A stretch of DNA of 64,000 nucleotides from the human T2T-CHM13v2.0 reference genome, Homo sapiens (GCA_009914755.4 CP068257.2:17952001-18016000); one strand, 5' to 3'; counted from the stretch's first letter, positions 14,401-28,300 are shown. The notes: generated from the sequence alone by a model not told the origin. Made by a program: numbers and translations.

Positions 14401-15106
14401 TTCCTTCCTAGACTCAGCATGGATATATTGATAAAAGAATCAAGCCAATTTTTTTCAAGGACCTATCTTTTATAAAGGCTTTGCCAAAGATATATTTCTT
14501 TCCACTTTGGGGACAGGATGGTAACTAAGCCAAAAGGTAGCAGATTTCATTTTATCTATTAATTGGTCACTTAAGCTTTTTATCTGCCTTTTAAAGTCTT
14601 TAAATAAAAATACGGAAATCTTTTTAGAAGCTGCTGCATATCAATAGGCATCCCTAGATGAGGCAAATTTGGGAGCCATAATTTTCAACTGCACTTCAGA
14701 GCAGTGGTGTTCATTTGGAATGTCCCACTGTAACTAACCTCTACCAAGATTTCACCATTTCTGTAAAACTTTCCTTCTTCTGGTGCCTAATATTTATGTA
14801 TGTATAACCCAGAAGAAACACAGTTCTTCAAAAATTTAGGATCCCATTTTTAACTCAAATATTGGCTTTGGCTCTCAGATTCCCTCGATCTAATTAGCCA
14901 ATAATTTTTTCCCTACATAAACACACAAAACATTAAACAAAGGATGTAGAGCACAAAAATCTTTACGGGTTTCCAAAAGCCGAATTTTACATGTCTTGTA
15001 ATATTTCCATTTATTACCAGTTTCTTTCTGACCAAGTCAGACTTAAGAGCCTTGTAACTGGATCCAATCCAGTTAATTACCAGATCTGATCCTGGACCCA
15101 GTCCAG

Positions 15107-15160
15107 TTTCTGTCATTACTCCCAAACCCAGTTTTGTCATTACTCCCAAACCCAGTTTTG
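15107..15160. repeat. Local ~27-bp tandem duplication
   Basis: 'tctgtcattactcccaaacccagttttg' is immediately followed by 'tcattactcccaaacccagttttgatc'. Confidence 0.6.
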
Positions 15161-15329
15161 ATCATAAATATGTTCAAAGAAACTTGGAGAGCTCAAAACA
15201 CAAATCTGTGGAGCTTTGAAATCCAAGAGAACTTACCGTGATCCCCAGCTACCTGGGGAAAGCAGTGGACGCAGTGGGGTTGGTGGGTACCTCGCGTGGT
15301 CGCTCAGCACTCATTTGAGTTGTTAGACA

Positions 15330-15758
15330 CTGTACTCCAGATCTTACTTCTGACATCATCTGTTAAAATAAAAGCCTTAGGTGATTTAATTTAAGACTTT
15401 AATTGTGCAAAGAATAATTTGCAAATTGGGCAGCCTCTGGAGCCAGAGTAGGCTCAGGGACCCCAGTGCAGCCACCTGGTGAAACATTTATGGACAGAAA
15501 AAGGAAAGTAATGTACATAATATGCAAATGAGGTACAGAAACAGCCAAATTGATTACAGCTTGGCGTTTGCCTTATTTGAACATGGTTTGCACAGCTGGT
15601 CACCTTTGATTGGCCAAAACTCAGTAATTAGCACAAGTGTAGGCTACAGCCTGTTGACAATTTCATTTAGGATATATAGTTCACAATGTACAGAGAAACC
15701 TTTAGGCTAAACTTAAAATATGTAAGGAGGTAACTTTAGGCTAAACTTGATTTAACAA
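15330..15758 (+). repeat. Unclassified interspersed repeat, copy 2 of 3 (same family as 8922-9230), with extra 5' part containing AATAAA
   Basis: '...gtaggctcagggaccccagtgcagccacctggtgaaacatttatggacagaaaaaggaaagtaatgtacat...gaggtacagaaacagccaaattgattacagcttggcgtttgccttatttgaacatggtttgcacagctggtcacctttgattggccaaaactcagtaattagcacaagtgtaggctacagcctgttgacaatttcatttaggatatatagttcacaatgtacagagaaacctttaggctaaacttaaaatatgtaaggaggtaactttaggctaaacttgatttaacaa'. Confidence 0.7.
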
Positions 15759-17089
15759 AGTGTACACCATGGTGAATACAAAATTAGGTATGATAAGAAA
15801 CAATTATTTAGAATGAGAAAAAGTAACAAATTACAAATAAATTTGTACAAAGCTTACAAATCCCATAAACAGAAAAATCCATACAGATAAACGTTTCTGA
15901 ATTAACTTCCTGAAACAAAGCTATAGCATTTTGTTTTAACTTTTTTGCTGCCTTCTTTTAGATTACTTTATCATGTGACAATTTTTAAATATGTTCTGTA
16001 GAGAGGGTTAATAGGAACTTTCATTTTCTATCAAGGTTAATCACAATGTATTTCTCACTGATCACTTACATAAATTAGGTTCAGGCTTATTTCTTTTTAT
16101 TCAAATTTATTTTATTTCATATTCATTCATCCAAATTTTAGTGTTTTTTTAATTTAGAAAAAAAACTCCTGTCTAGTTAACATTTTATATGAGCTGTAAG
16201 ATGTGACAGAATTTTTTGAAGACTAGTTTCTTGTGTCTTTCAAAAAAATTTTTTTTTTCTTTCTCTATTCCTGACATTATTCTAGAGACAGGTTCTGAAG
16301 GGCATGTTCCCATGTGATGTAACCTCTTGCCCTGCACATTTAGTCACAGTGTCACCGCAGAGGGCAAAAAAGTATATTCCTTGGAGGATATTACAATGGG
16401 GTGGCCATCAATATCAGTATCAATCTAGAGGGAAGTCACTCCAAAACCGCATGAAAATATCCCACTGAACCCAACTAAATAGATCTTCAACTCATGTTCC
16501 CCTTAACCCAGATCCTGTAACTGAACTCAGGTTCAGCTGCTCTCTACTCAAAAGCTCAAAAGCCAAAACTAAAGAGACAAGAGTAAGTGAGAGGAAAAGC
16601 AGGTCTGTTCATGAGCCCACAACCCCAGGAGATGGCAGATTTGCATCACAGAGACCATCTCTCATTTATCATTCTGGCCAAAGGGGATTCATAGGCAAGG
16701 GGCTTGAGAAACTGTGTGCAGAATTTTGCTATGTGTAGGTCAGCAGGTGTTGTTCCAATGATTATCTTGAGTAATGGGCCATCATCTAGTGGTCTGGCAG
16801 GCATCAGTGAGACTGCAGCATGATTGAAGATTAACTGCTCAGCATTTTTCCAGGGTTGGATATTTTACATTTCACAGCCCTGGCTTTATTTCAAGGTTAA
16901 TTGTCAGAGTTCGTAAGCAAGCACACAGTTAGGCATTGTGAAATGAGGAACGACTATTTACTTCTAAGAAGGGAGTGACTCCCTTGGTTACAATCTCAAC
17001 AATTATCTTGGCCACTACAAACACTGCATAGAAAACGAGAGAGGAAAGAAGAGAAGGAGAGAAAGGGGATGCTGCAGAAGAGAGATAGG

Positions 17090-17775
17090 GTGATTGTATC
17101 AGTCGGAGTTCTCCACAGAAGGAGAATCGATAGATTATTTATATATATATAAAATATATGTGCTGCAAATATGTAGTTAAAATATGTAGTATTTTATATT
17201 TTTGAAAGTATTCTGTATTTATAAAATTGTGTAAAAATGTATAATATTTTACAAACATATAAAATATTCATTTATTATTGTTATTGATAAATAGACATGA
17301 AACAATGATATTTTATATGAAAAGCCATATTTTATGTTTTACATCAAAATATATATAATAAAATATAATACTTCATATGTATAAATATAGATATATATGT
17401 ACTTGTGTATACTTATGAATATATAAAAGTATACAAAAACACACACATGTTAATTTTATTTTACCAGACTGACATATTTGTGAATGCTGACAAGTTGGTT
17501 ATTTATAGGACACAGGCTGAAAACTCAAGCAAGAGTCGATGTTGTGTTCTTGAGGCAGAATTTCTTTTCTAGGAAAACTCAGTTTTTGCTCTTAAAGCAT
17601 TCAGCTAATTGGATGAGACCTACCCACATTATCAAGAGTGATCTCCTTTACTTAAAGTAATCTGATTGTAGATAATAACATCTACAAATTACCTTCACAG
17701 CAAAGCCTAGAATTGTATTCAATTAAAAAACTAGTTACTATAGCCTAGAAAAGTTTGCACATGAAATTAATTTAT
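17090..17775 (+). mobile_element. Probable MLT1-type MaLR LTR interrupted by an expanded AT-rich low-complexity tract (17130-17460)
   Basis: The 5' 'tgtatcagtcggagttctccacagaaggagaatcgatagattatttatatatata' resembles the MLT1 start 'tgt.agggttctccagagaaacagaaccaatag...'. The 3' part 'gatgagacctacccacattatcaagagtgatctcctttacttaaagtaatctgattgtagataataacatctacaaattaccttcacagcaaagcctagaattgtattcaat...aagtttgcacatgaaattaa' resembles the MLT1 3' half. This is a consensus-from-memory call only. Confidence 0.45.
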
Positions 17776-19299
17776 ACATGCAAAGTTTATAAAAAGTTAC
17801 GACACTATAAAGATGTTGCTATACCCTAATGATAAATTTGTTACTCTTTCTTATGGATTTTGCAGAGTAGCAAGTGCAGAACAATGCTGGCTAGTTTACT
17901 GAAAATCATTATGTATCGAGGTAAAATTTTTACCGAATAGGGGAAAATCCTGTGTTGTGTTGTTGTGGGGGTGGGGATCAACACTGGCATACTTGTTGGG
18001 AAAACAGACAGTTAGGTACCAGGGCAAATGATGCTTTTGGCACCGAACCCCTATGTTTTAGAAATTGGAACTACATTCACCTATGAGCAGCAGTGCACGG
18101 CTACTATCTTAGAACTGCCTTGGTGGCTGCTTGTACCTACCTACTCAATCAAGGAGTCCTAGTATTTCAAAAAGCTCCTGTTAAATAATCACACAAAAAT
18201 ACAAAGGACAAGACTGAAAGACCCTGAGTCATTGGAGATGGCAAAGTTTTGATGACTCACATTATGTCTTACCTAACATTTGTTTTTTATATATCTAACT
18301 CATTTTACAGCTTAACTCTTCTTTTAAAAACTTTTTTAAAATTTGGGATTATGCAATGATTAATAACTAAGAGGTTAAACTCATGATCCTAATATTCAAG
18401 AATTAACGTGTGTATGAGGAGGTAGAGGGAAAGATAGAAGCAACAAGCAGTAACATAACAGAAAATATATATTTTTTAGCAAAGAAAATTTATAGTAGGC
18501 AAACTAACTTCAGGGCTGTTGAAAGAGGGATTGATTTTTAAAAACACAAAATCCTCATAGGATTGAGAAAAAGTTTTTAAATATCAATTTACATTAAATA
18601 AGAATTTTGCAATATAGTACAAAAAAGAAATCTAAAGCCTTATTCTGTTACTGTAGCTAGCTTATACTTTGGAAGAAAGAAAAGAAATCAAATGTATTTA
18701 TTTAATCCTTTTTGTCAGTGATACCCAGGGTGAAGAATTCATCTGTAGCTTTTTCACTGCTGAGTTGAGTCTCAGAACTTCACATATATTAAAGTAAAAT
18801 GTTTTACCTTCTGATCCGAAGCCTTTAAGATACAGTTCATTTCTATTTATAAAAAGAAGGAGGTTTATGTAATTTAAATTTCATGGAAATTGTCTAAGAC
18901 TACCTCAGTTAGCAAAATAAAGCTTTTATTTACTACTTTTTGTTCTTAGAACGTATCAACTCAATTTTCAAAATTTTGTATGATTCACATTTCCTTTCAC
19001 ATTGAGTTACAGAAGGTAAATAAGTCATTAAAAGTCTAATATGTTTTCATAAACATTTAGAAGAATGTATTACAACAGCTAGAGAAAATAGATTTGCAAT
19101 TTCCTCTAAGTTCCAATGCAGTCACTGAGTTAACATGTACTTTTTAGTTAAATGATGATCATCTGGAGAAGCAAATATATATGTGCCTTTAAAGTGTTCT
19201 ACTTCTGAAAAGGCAGATAGACATTATGAAATGGAAAAATAACTCAATAAAAAGATACCACATATTAATAATTTCATTATTTGGTTTTAATAAAAATTT

Positions 19300-19870
19300 C
19301 AGAAACCTGGATTATTGATGGAGAGTCAAAACCAAGGAGGGAAGAATATGCTACAGTGTGGAGGAATCTTTAAAATGCTATACTAAGTGAAAGAAGCCAG
19401 GTATGAAGGTTACATGTTGTGTGAATCCATTTCTGGAGAATGTCCAGAATAGGCAAATGAGTAGAGAATGAAGATTGTTTTCAAGGGAAGAAGAGAGACC
19501 TGAAAGAAGCCAGGCATGAAGGTTACATGTTGTGTGAATCCATTTCTGGAGAACGTCCAGAATAGGCAAATGCGTAGAGAACGGAGATTGTTTTCAAGGG
19601 AAGAATAGAGACCCGAAAGACTAGCACCAGCAAGTAAATGCTTCTCCATGGAAATGACACATATCTATTCATATACACATAGAGCTATTTGGCAGTACAG
19701 AGCAAGTAACATGGCTTTACCTACCCTTTCAGGAACTATGAAAATGCAGATATTTCATGTTCTCAGAAGGAAGAGAACCAGACATCATGATAAACAGAAC
19801 TAGATTCTAAAACAATATACTTTTCTTTATTTTAAACTTGGAGCCAGGATCATGTGTTACCTAACCAAAA
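19300..19870 (+). mobile_element. L1 3'-end fragment (older L1M/L1P-type) containing an internal 115-bp tandem duplication
   Basis: '...atgctatactaagtgaaagaagccaggtatgaaggttacatgttgtgtgaatccatttctggagaatgtccagaataggcaaatgagtagagaatgaagattgttttcaagggaag...' matches the common L1 3' region '..gctaagtgaaataagccag...acatattgtatgattccatttatatgaaatgtccagaataggcaaatccatagagacagaaagtagatt..'. Confidence 0.65.
19388..19618 (+). repeat. Two-copy tandem duplication, period ~115 bp
   Basis: 'gaaagaagccaggtatgaaggttacatgttgtgtgaatccatttctggagaatgtccagaataggcaaatgagtagagaatgaagattgttttcaagggaagaagagagacctgaaa' is repeated as 'gaaagaagccaggcatgaaggttacatgttgtgtgaatccatttctggagaacgtccagaataggcaaatgcgtagagaacggagattgttttcaagggaagaatagagacccgaaa', roughly 93% identical. 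Confidence 0.9.
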
Positions 19871-20906
19871 ATAATATTTTATTTAAAAATACAGTTTGAT
19901 CAAAAAGAAAGAAATGAAGTTAGACAAATAATTACTGAAAATAATCAGTTTATAAGATATTATGTTAAAAATGAAGGGTTTTATAAAATCTCTAGCTTTC
20001 TATCACCTCTGTGCATTATTTTCTAGCATGCAGTGAATAATGCTGAAAAATAGACATAAATAAATAAACTGGTTATCTTTCAGTAATGGAAACATGAACT
20101 ATTCTTATTGTATTCGTGTACTCTTCTAGAGGTTTTTTTCACAATTTTTCTAAAGTACATATTTATGCTAAGAAGTAAAATACTAAATACAATTTTAATG
20201 TGATTATCATTTTTGAATGGCATATCCAGTTTTGTACTGCTACACTAGAATTTTGATCCCATACATAATATTTTGCAATCACTGTTAATACTTAAAAAGA
20301 AGAATGACTGTAGTATCCTCTTAAAATAATATACATGAAATCGCAATGATAATATGGTTGAAATCTTTTATGGCCAAATAACAATGCAATCCCGTGTGGA
20401 TATATTGGTAATCATCTAATACATATTTACATTATGATGGGTATTTTTGTTTTTTTCAATGCATTTGAAATTATGTATTTTTTAGATATAAAGCAATAGA
20501 CAGTAGAGGATAGAGTAGTATATAGGATTGAAAGCAGAAGGAGCTGTTATTACTCCAGGCCTGAAAGAACAAGTGGAAAGACTTGTACCAGAACCTAGAA
20601 GGATAGACACCTGTAAAAGAGGTCATTTTGAGAGAAGCAATGATGTTCAGTCTAGGGACCCAGCCAGCCCATAGAGTTGGGTTATGGATCAACCCAGAAC
20701 AATAAACACTCTGACATTCGCATGCATCCTCTGTCCGGTCTCCCTGTGGGGCTTTTATTGTTTGGATATAACTAGAAAAGGCATAGAAGTCGGAAGTTGT
20801 CGCATAGGTCAGGCTTCTGTGTGAGAGGGTGGAATGGGCAAGTGAACTGGGAGGAGCACACAGAGCTATCTGAAAGATGGACGCTCACTAAATTATACTT
20901 TGAGAG

Positions 20907-21613
<707 letters not shown>

Positions 21614-23097
21614 AGGGAGAAAAAGGTATAATTTTTTCAAAGCAATCGTAGTCAGAAAAAAAGTTGAAATGACAATGTATTGGTAAGAAATTATAAGTTT
21701 TTTCTGGGGAAAATTATTTGGGAATAAAAATACTGAAAAATGAAGAGATTTATCATGCTCTATGCATCTATTTACAGATTAGGTCCATTATTTTATTCTT
21801 TCACCTGTAAATTCAGAATGAGAGAAGCACAAAATCTAATCTGTACATTAAAAAAGAGACTGGCAAATGTGAAAGAGACAAATAATCCCTTTTCTCTGGT
21901 GAATTATAAGCAATTATAACATTTAGTGACAATTTCTTTATACATTAAAGCTGTGTGAAATTTATTTTACTCAAGTAAGTAGGCCCAATTTAAGGGATGA
22001 TTTTAGAGAAGAACAAGAGATAAGACATAGATTAAGTAACCATTTAGAGAGTTTAAATGTGGAGGCTATGCACTTTGTATGTAGAGCATAATTTGTTTCT
22101 TTGCTTGCATTAATTGTGGCAGATTGCTTGTTGAACTGCCCAGACTCATTCTCCCTTTCTGTTGTGCAGAGGTGTTTTGGGGAGTGGTCCACCTGCCAGG
22201 CACGACATTTACCAGCTCCCAGTGAAACAGTAATTACATGTTGGGGAGTGGATGGAAGAATAGTGTGTGTCACTGAGGGGCTAAAATGGTGACTGCAATC
22301 TCCCAAGGGTTCTTTTGGTTCTTGTCAAACTTCTGGCAGCAGTGAATATCGGAGAGGAATCTGAGGACCTGCGCCATGTAGAGCCATTACGTACAAATAA
22401 CATGAATCTCGGAGTCACCTCTTAGTGGAAAGTTGTCCAGGGAGATCACCTTACCAAAAATATTAACATTTTATTTATTATGACAAAGAAAAGCGTGCCG
22501 TGTTAATGCACCTGAAAGTTGGGGATTATTTGTTGCATTAGCTAATACTAATTATTCTGTCTAAAATGGTAGCTGGTGTTAATCAAAATAGAGAATGGGG
22601 AAAAAAAAGAAAGGGAACCAAAAAAAAAATAGTCAGCAACGAGTCCAAACAAAGTCAGTGTTAACATATATAGGTATATATTAAATAAATATATATGGCA
22701 TATATACTTAATGTCCATTAAAATGTATATAATAAAGTGTAGAGATCTCATTTGCAGCTTAACTAATTTTTACATATGTGTATACCTGTCTTCTGCATGC
22801 AGCCTGTTGGTAAAATCATTCAAGGGGTTTGATTTTTTTATCAGATATTGTATTTTACTGTTTTATAATGACGTTTGGTTCTGTTTTTAAAGATTCCCAT
22901 TTCCGGTTGTAATTCTTGTCTTTTCATTCACTTGTCTGTCATTTATATTATTGAATATATAGAACATATTAAGAAATTTTTATTATATTTCCTTCACTAT
23001 TTTGATTATTGTTCTGCTTCTATTTGTAATTGGTTACCTTTCACTTCCCTTTTTGAATGTCTGGTTATTTTTAAAAGAACTATAGAGGCTCCAGAAA

Positions 23098-23145
23098 GTG
23101 TTTTTTTTGTTTTTTTGTTTTGGTTTTTGTTTGTTTGTTTTTTTC
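23098..23145. repeat. (GTTT)n / T-rich simple repeat
   Basis: 'ttttttttgtttttttgttttggtttttgtttgtttgtttttttc'. This drives the lysine-rich reverse-strand ORF 23034..23465. Confidence 0.85.
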
Positions 23146-24892
23146 AAAGAGGGCTTTCCTTTTCCCATGTAGAGAGACAGGATAAATAACTGATAAGACA
23201 AATAAGACAAGAAATGCATTTGTTGTCCCTGGGCTGCAAATTTCATAAGACTCAATCTAACACTGGTCGGTTTTTGTTCTTGGGGCATATTCTTGGAAAA
23301 TCTCAAGCTTTGGGTTGAAAGCCTATTATGTTTTTTCCTCAACTTTGAAAGCCTGGGAAATCCTGATCTACAGAAGTTACCAGTTTCACTCACCCATCTC
23401 TTGCTCCTGAGGCGTCTAAAGATGGCAGACGCCTCAAAGACAAAATGAACTGTATTTGGAAGCAAACCCCATTTCTCTAAGGGAAATTGCCCTAAGTACT
23501 ACAAGATTATAGGAGCTTACTATTCAGCTTACTAGCTCCCCAGTCACCTGCAGGCAGGTCAAGATTCAGAATCTGCCCACTGGAGAAAACTGGCTATATT
23601 CGAGTATTCTCAAGTTTCCTGTTTCCCCTTTCCCCTATCAGCCCTGAACCAATTTCAAAACATTGACAATTTTTTTTTTTACCTTTGAGTTCCTCTGCAT
23701 AAATCATTCCTCACCCAGAGCCAAGCCCAAATGTGGTTCCAGAGCAAAATCAGCATTTGCCACCAAGAAAAATAATAGCCACTGATAGGGTAGTTAGCTC
23801 ACCAAAGAAGAGTTTCCTGTCTTGAAATTTCAATTCTATTTTACTTTTGCTTCCATTGCTCTTTAGTTTCTTTAAAATGATAATTTTTATAATACTTTGA
23901 GCTTTTTGTAATTGTTACAATTGAACTGTTAAGATCATAACGTTTACATGTAATTTATACACAAACACAAATATATGAATTAAGTGTTTAAATGTGTTTT
24001 AGCAATCATATGTATACAATAAAATAGAAGCAGGAGGCCTCCATAGAAGCAGGGAGACACAACAGAAGCTATATATATATGTATACATATACTTCCACAT
24101 TAAAGTACATACCTTTTCAAAAGGGAGAGCTGGTCTTTTAAATTATTAATACATTTATGGAGATCCTGTAACATTTCCAGTGGCTTCCTTGCACATTTAA
24201 ATAGATCAAAAATTCTTCCTAGGGGTTAAAATATTATATCATCTGATTACAAACTGATATTCTGATTTTATAATTTCTAAAAGTTGGAGCACAACTTTTG
24301 GAAATTACCTATTCATTAAAAAGAAGTTTCTGTCTTCAGATTTTCCTATCATAGGGTCTACCACCCGATCTAATGCTGCAATGTCCCTATCTCTCTCCTG
24401 CCACTTTTACACTTACCTCACATACATTGACCATTTTCTTATCCTTGAAAATGTCAAGCTTATTTTCATCCCAGTTCTTGATCAGTCTCACATAACTATT
24501 TGTCTAGGATTATTGAAGTGGCAAGTTACTCCACATTATTTAAAAACCAAATGAAATGCCACATCCACAGAGAAGCTCTCCCTGAACACCTTCCTTAAAT
24601 TAGCCTCTTCTCATCATGCTCAACTATAACACTATTTCACTTCCTTTATAGTATTCATTCCTATCTGAGGCTCACTCACTTATTTATCCATTCACCATTG
24701 CATACTTTCCAACATAAGAAACGTTACAATAAAGTTTCTTGCATCTTTTTCTTTGCCATTTATCAAATTATTTCTAGAGCATGTATTTGCCACACATCAA
24801 CTTGTATATTAAAGTCTATGCTGCATTTTTTCTTTCACTCATTTTGCTATCCTTTCAGAGAAAGATTTTACTAACGTGTGTCTATACCAACA

Positions 24893-25303
24893 GTATGTGT
24901 GCTACAGTTTGAATGCTTGTGTTCCTCCAAAATTCATTTTGAAACAGAATCTCTAATGCAGTAGTATTAACAGGTGGGGCTTTTTAGGAGGTTATCAAGT
25001 CATGAGTGCTCTTCTCTCTGAATGCGATTAATGCCCTTATTGAAGAAAGAGGCTTCACACCGTGTTCAGCCCTGTAGCCCTTTTGTCCCTGCCACCATGT
25101 GAGGACACAGGGTTCCTCCCCTCTGGAGGATGCAGCAACAAGGAACCATCTTGGAAGCAGAGAACAGCCTTCACTAGACACTGAACGTGCAGGTGTCTTG
25201 GTCTTAGACTTTCCAGCCTCCAGAACTGTGAGAAATAAATTTCTATTGCATATAAATTATTCAGTCTGTGGCAATTTGTTACAGCAGCACGAACGGGCTA
25301 AGA
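24893..25303 (+). mobile_element. Solo ERVL-MaLR LTR (MLT1/MST-type)
   Basis: 'tgtgtgctacagtttgaatgcttgtgttcctccaaaattcattttgaaacagaatctctaatgcagtagtattaacaggtggggctttttaggaggttatcaagtcatgagtgctc...ccaccatgtgaggacacagggttcct...cttggtcttagactttccagcctccagaactgtgagaaataaatttctattgcatataaattattcagtctgtggcaatttgttacagcagcacgaacgggctaagaaa'. Confidence 0.8.
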
Positions 25304-28300
25304 AATATGAATGTTCAGTAAACTAACTAAATATAATACAATGAAAATAATACAAAAATATGTACTATTTTTATAAAATGTCTTGATCTTTAGTATTTCA
25401 TAATTGAATATTTTTTGATATTTATATAAATACAAACAAATTTGAATTTGTCTGATTTCACAATTTTTTATATCACTCAACATTTTTCAATGTAGTATAG
25501 AATATTTTACATATGTACACAGATCTATATTTACACATCCCAGACTCACATTCAAAATGCATTCTATGTTGAGCAAATTATTCAAATTCAAACCCATACA
25601 TAGAGGTAATATTGGCTAAAATAAAAATAATTTTGTAGTTTCAAAATACTTCTGAAATAAATTTAATTCAATAACAGAAATGAATCATTATTTCCTTAGC
25701 TTGATTAAAGAGGTATCAAAGAGCTTATTTCATTTTAATTCCAGAAAATTTAGTGATTACTGAGGAATGTTCTTGACATATGCAGTTTTTATACAAATGT
25801 TGACTTATGAGTGGCATATTTAATATTTTGGCCTCTCTTTATTACTTCTCATCATTATGATTTTGAAAAATTCCCTAATGGGGCATAAATTTGCTAGTGT
25901 CTGTCAATACGAAAAACAGTCATTAAACAATAACAAAGGCCATGACTTTCCCTCTTCTCAACTATCATATCTCCTAAACAGAAATTTGATGCAGCTGATA
26001 TATTTGTATTAATAACATCTGCTGCTTTCATCATTAAATTCTACCCACTGGTTAATGCCTGGAGCTGCAAAATTATGAGAATTAGCTGAAGGAGTCTCAA
26101 ATTAAAGAATAAAATGAAAACTTTGAAAACATGTATTGCCACCTATAATACTTCATAGTGGGCAAAATAACAGCCTCCAACCATACATGGAATGCATCAC
26201 ACTTCTTAATAGTGGTGGAAATTTAAATAAATGAAAATTATTGGAGAAAAGTTCAGTTTATATTGTTGGGTTAAGACTAGAGAATAAAAAAATAAGCTTC
26301 AGAAATGTGATGAAGTTAATTCAATGTCTGAATCCAAGATAGAAAGCCTCATTTCTGAGAAACTGTATATCTGACTATGTGTAATATTAGGTCGTTTGTA
26401 ATTAAGGAATATTTAAAGTAAATTTAAACATTAAATGCAGGTAACAATCTAACATATACATCATAAATATGAAAATGATTCTTTAGGCCTGTTTAACATT
26501 ATAATGTAAAGATTACAGAAAAATGAATATACTAGGAGGGATATAAGTAGGTACCCATAAAGATTATATTCCAGGGATATCTTTGGTTTTAAAGTCCCTT
26601 TGTACTATAAAGTAACAAAATAAAAAAAACTATATCTTCTCCCTCATGTCAGTCACTGAGGACATTCTTGCTGACTTTATTTGTTCACTTTAGGATTTTC
26701 CTTGAAATCAGGTTGTGTTGTACATGATTGCCATAAATTGATCATAATCACTCCTGCATTATCTAATGTGGGTCTACGTACATAAGATAAGAATCTACCT
26801 CTAGGTTTTGGAAACTTGGTTGGGAGAATTTCTATGTAAAATTCCTTTGTTTACATGCCTGGCTAATTCTTTGCTTTGTTCTCATCTAGAGATTGCTAGA
26901 TTCTTTTGTTCACTTAGACTATGATCTTCATTTTCAGAATTCATAATGCCATTCAGTTGATCCGTGCATTCCCTTCCCAACATTATATTTTAGCAGCATG
27001 CTCCATGACACTTCAACGCTCTCAATGTTTTGGTTAAGTGGCTTGTAGCTCCTTGTCATAATAATTTGAAACATTTGCCTTCATTTGGAAACATTTTTAA
27101 TAAATATATAACAAATCATAGATTATTTTTTAGAACTTTGAAAATTACTAAAATAGTAAATCTCCAATTTTCCAACTGTAAATTAAATTATTTTGTGATA
27201 TACAGCTTCATTATAATACACTACATATTTTAAAAATCTGTCTCATTATAAAAGTGTCAATTTCCAATGATGCTGTTGATTAAAGAAATTTAACATTTTA
27301 TCTGAATACTACAGGATTTAAATTGTTTGCTAATATATATAGGGTTCATAGAGTGTTAAGACATATAATGATTCATCAAGCAAAAATTAATTCAGGATCT
27401 AAAATCAATGGCAGGCTTAATGCTTTTTAAAATAGATAACACTGTTTTAATTAAAAATGTCAGCAATGTAATTACTCCTTAAGCAAAAGGCCACAGAGGG
27501 GAAAATTGAATAATACTTAAGTTGAGCATATGAAAAAATTAATTTGTGTTAAAAAGTAGCAATTAGACATTTCCTTGGCAGCATGAGAGATCATAATCTC
27601 AAGTCTTGTGCTCATTTGCAAAATATAACTTATTAGATTTAGTTTAAAGAAAAATAGTATATTTTTAAAACTGTAGAAAATAGCAGTGGTTACAAAATCC
27701 AAAAATTCATCTTATCTTAAAATATTTCTGGGATATTTCAGATTTCATTTGACCCTTTAAATCTTTTGCTTCTTCTTTCCTGTAGTAAGTCAGGACTAAA
27801 ATTTCAGTCACACTAAAATTTTAACATTTCTACATTATTTTGAATTTCTTAGTTAATTGCCAAAATATGTACTTCTTGATATCTGAAAAAACCGATCACT
27901 TAAGATTGGTCAGTTTGGGAGTGGATGTGTAGTTTGTTTACAGGGATCTTGAAGAGGCTCAATTTGAAATTCTGAGGAATGCCAGCAATGAGAAGACAGT
28001 CAGAGAAAGAGGATTCAGTGAAGACACTTGAGAAAGAATGTTCAGAAAATTAGGAGTAAAAACCTTGATGTCTTGGAAATATAAATAAAAAGAAAAGATA
28101 ATCACATTGTAAGAAGACATGCCAAAGGTATAAAATGCTTCAGAGAGATTAAGAATTAAAATATACCCATTTGATTGAGCAATCAGTAGGTTTATGGGGG
28201 TCACATTTATGAGTCATCTAGTGAAAAGGTAAAAGTAAATGCCTAAATGAAATAAGTGAAAAAAGCTGATGAGGTGATGAACTGGATTATAAATTGTGGT

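Noticed and set aside
19388-19618. Tandem direct repeats (115-bp x2 here; 27-bp x2 at 15107-15160; 9-bp x3 at 56035-56062) as possible CRISPR arrays
   Set aside because: There are only 2-3 units and no unique spacers of uniform length between conserved repeats. They are embedded in eukaryotic TEs and the host is a primate. These are simple tandem duplications.
23034-23465. Longest ORF in the track (143 aa, minus strand), which is lysine/asparagine-rich
   Set aside because: It is driven by the T-rich/(GTTT)n low-complexity tract at 23098-23145, giving poly-K/N on the reverse strand. It has no domain-like sequence and no start context.
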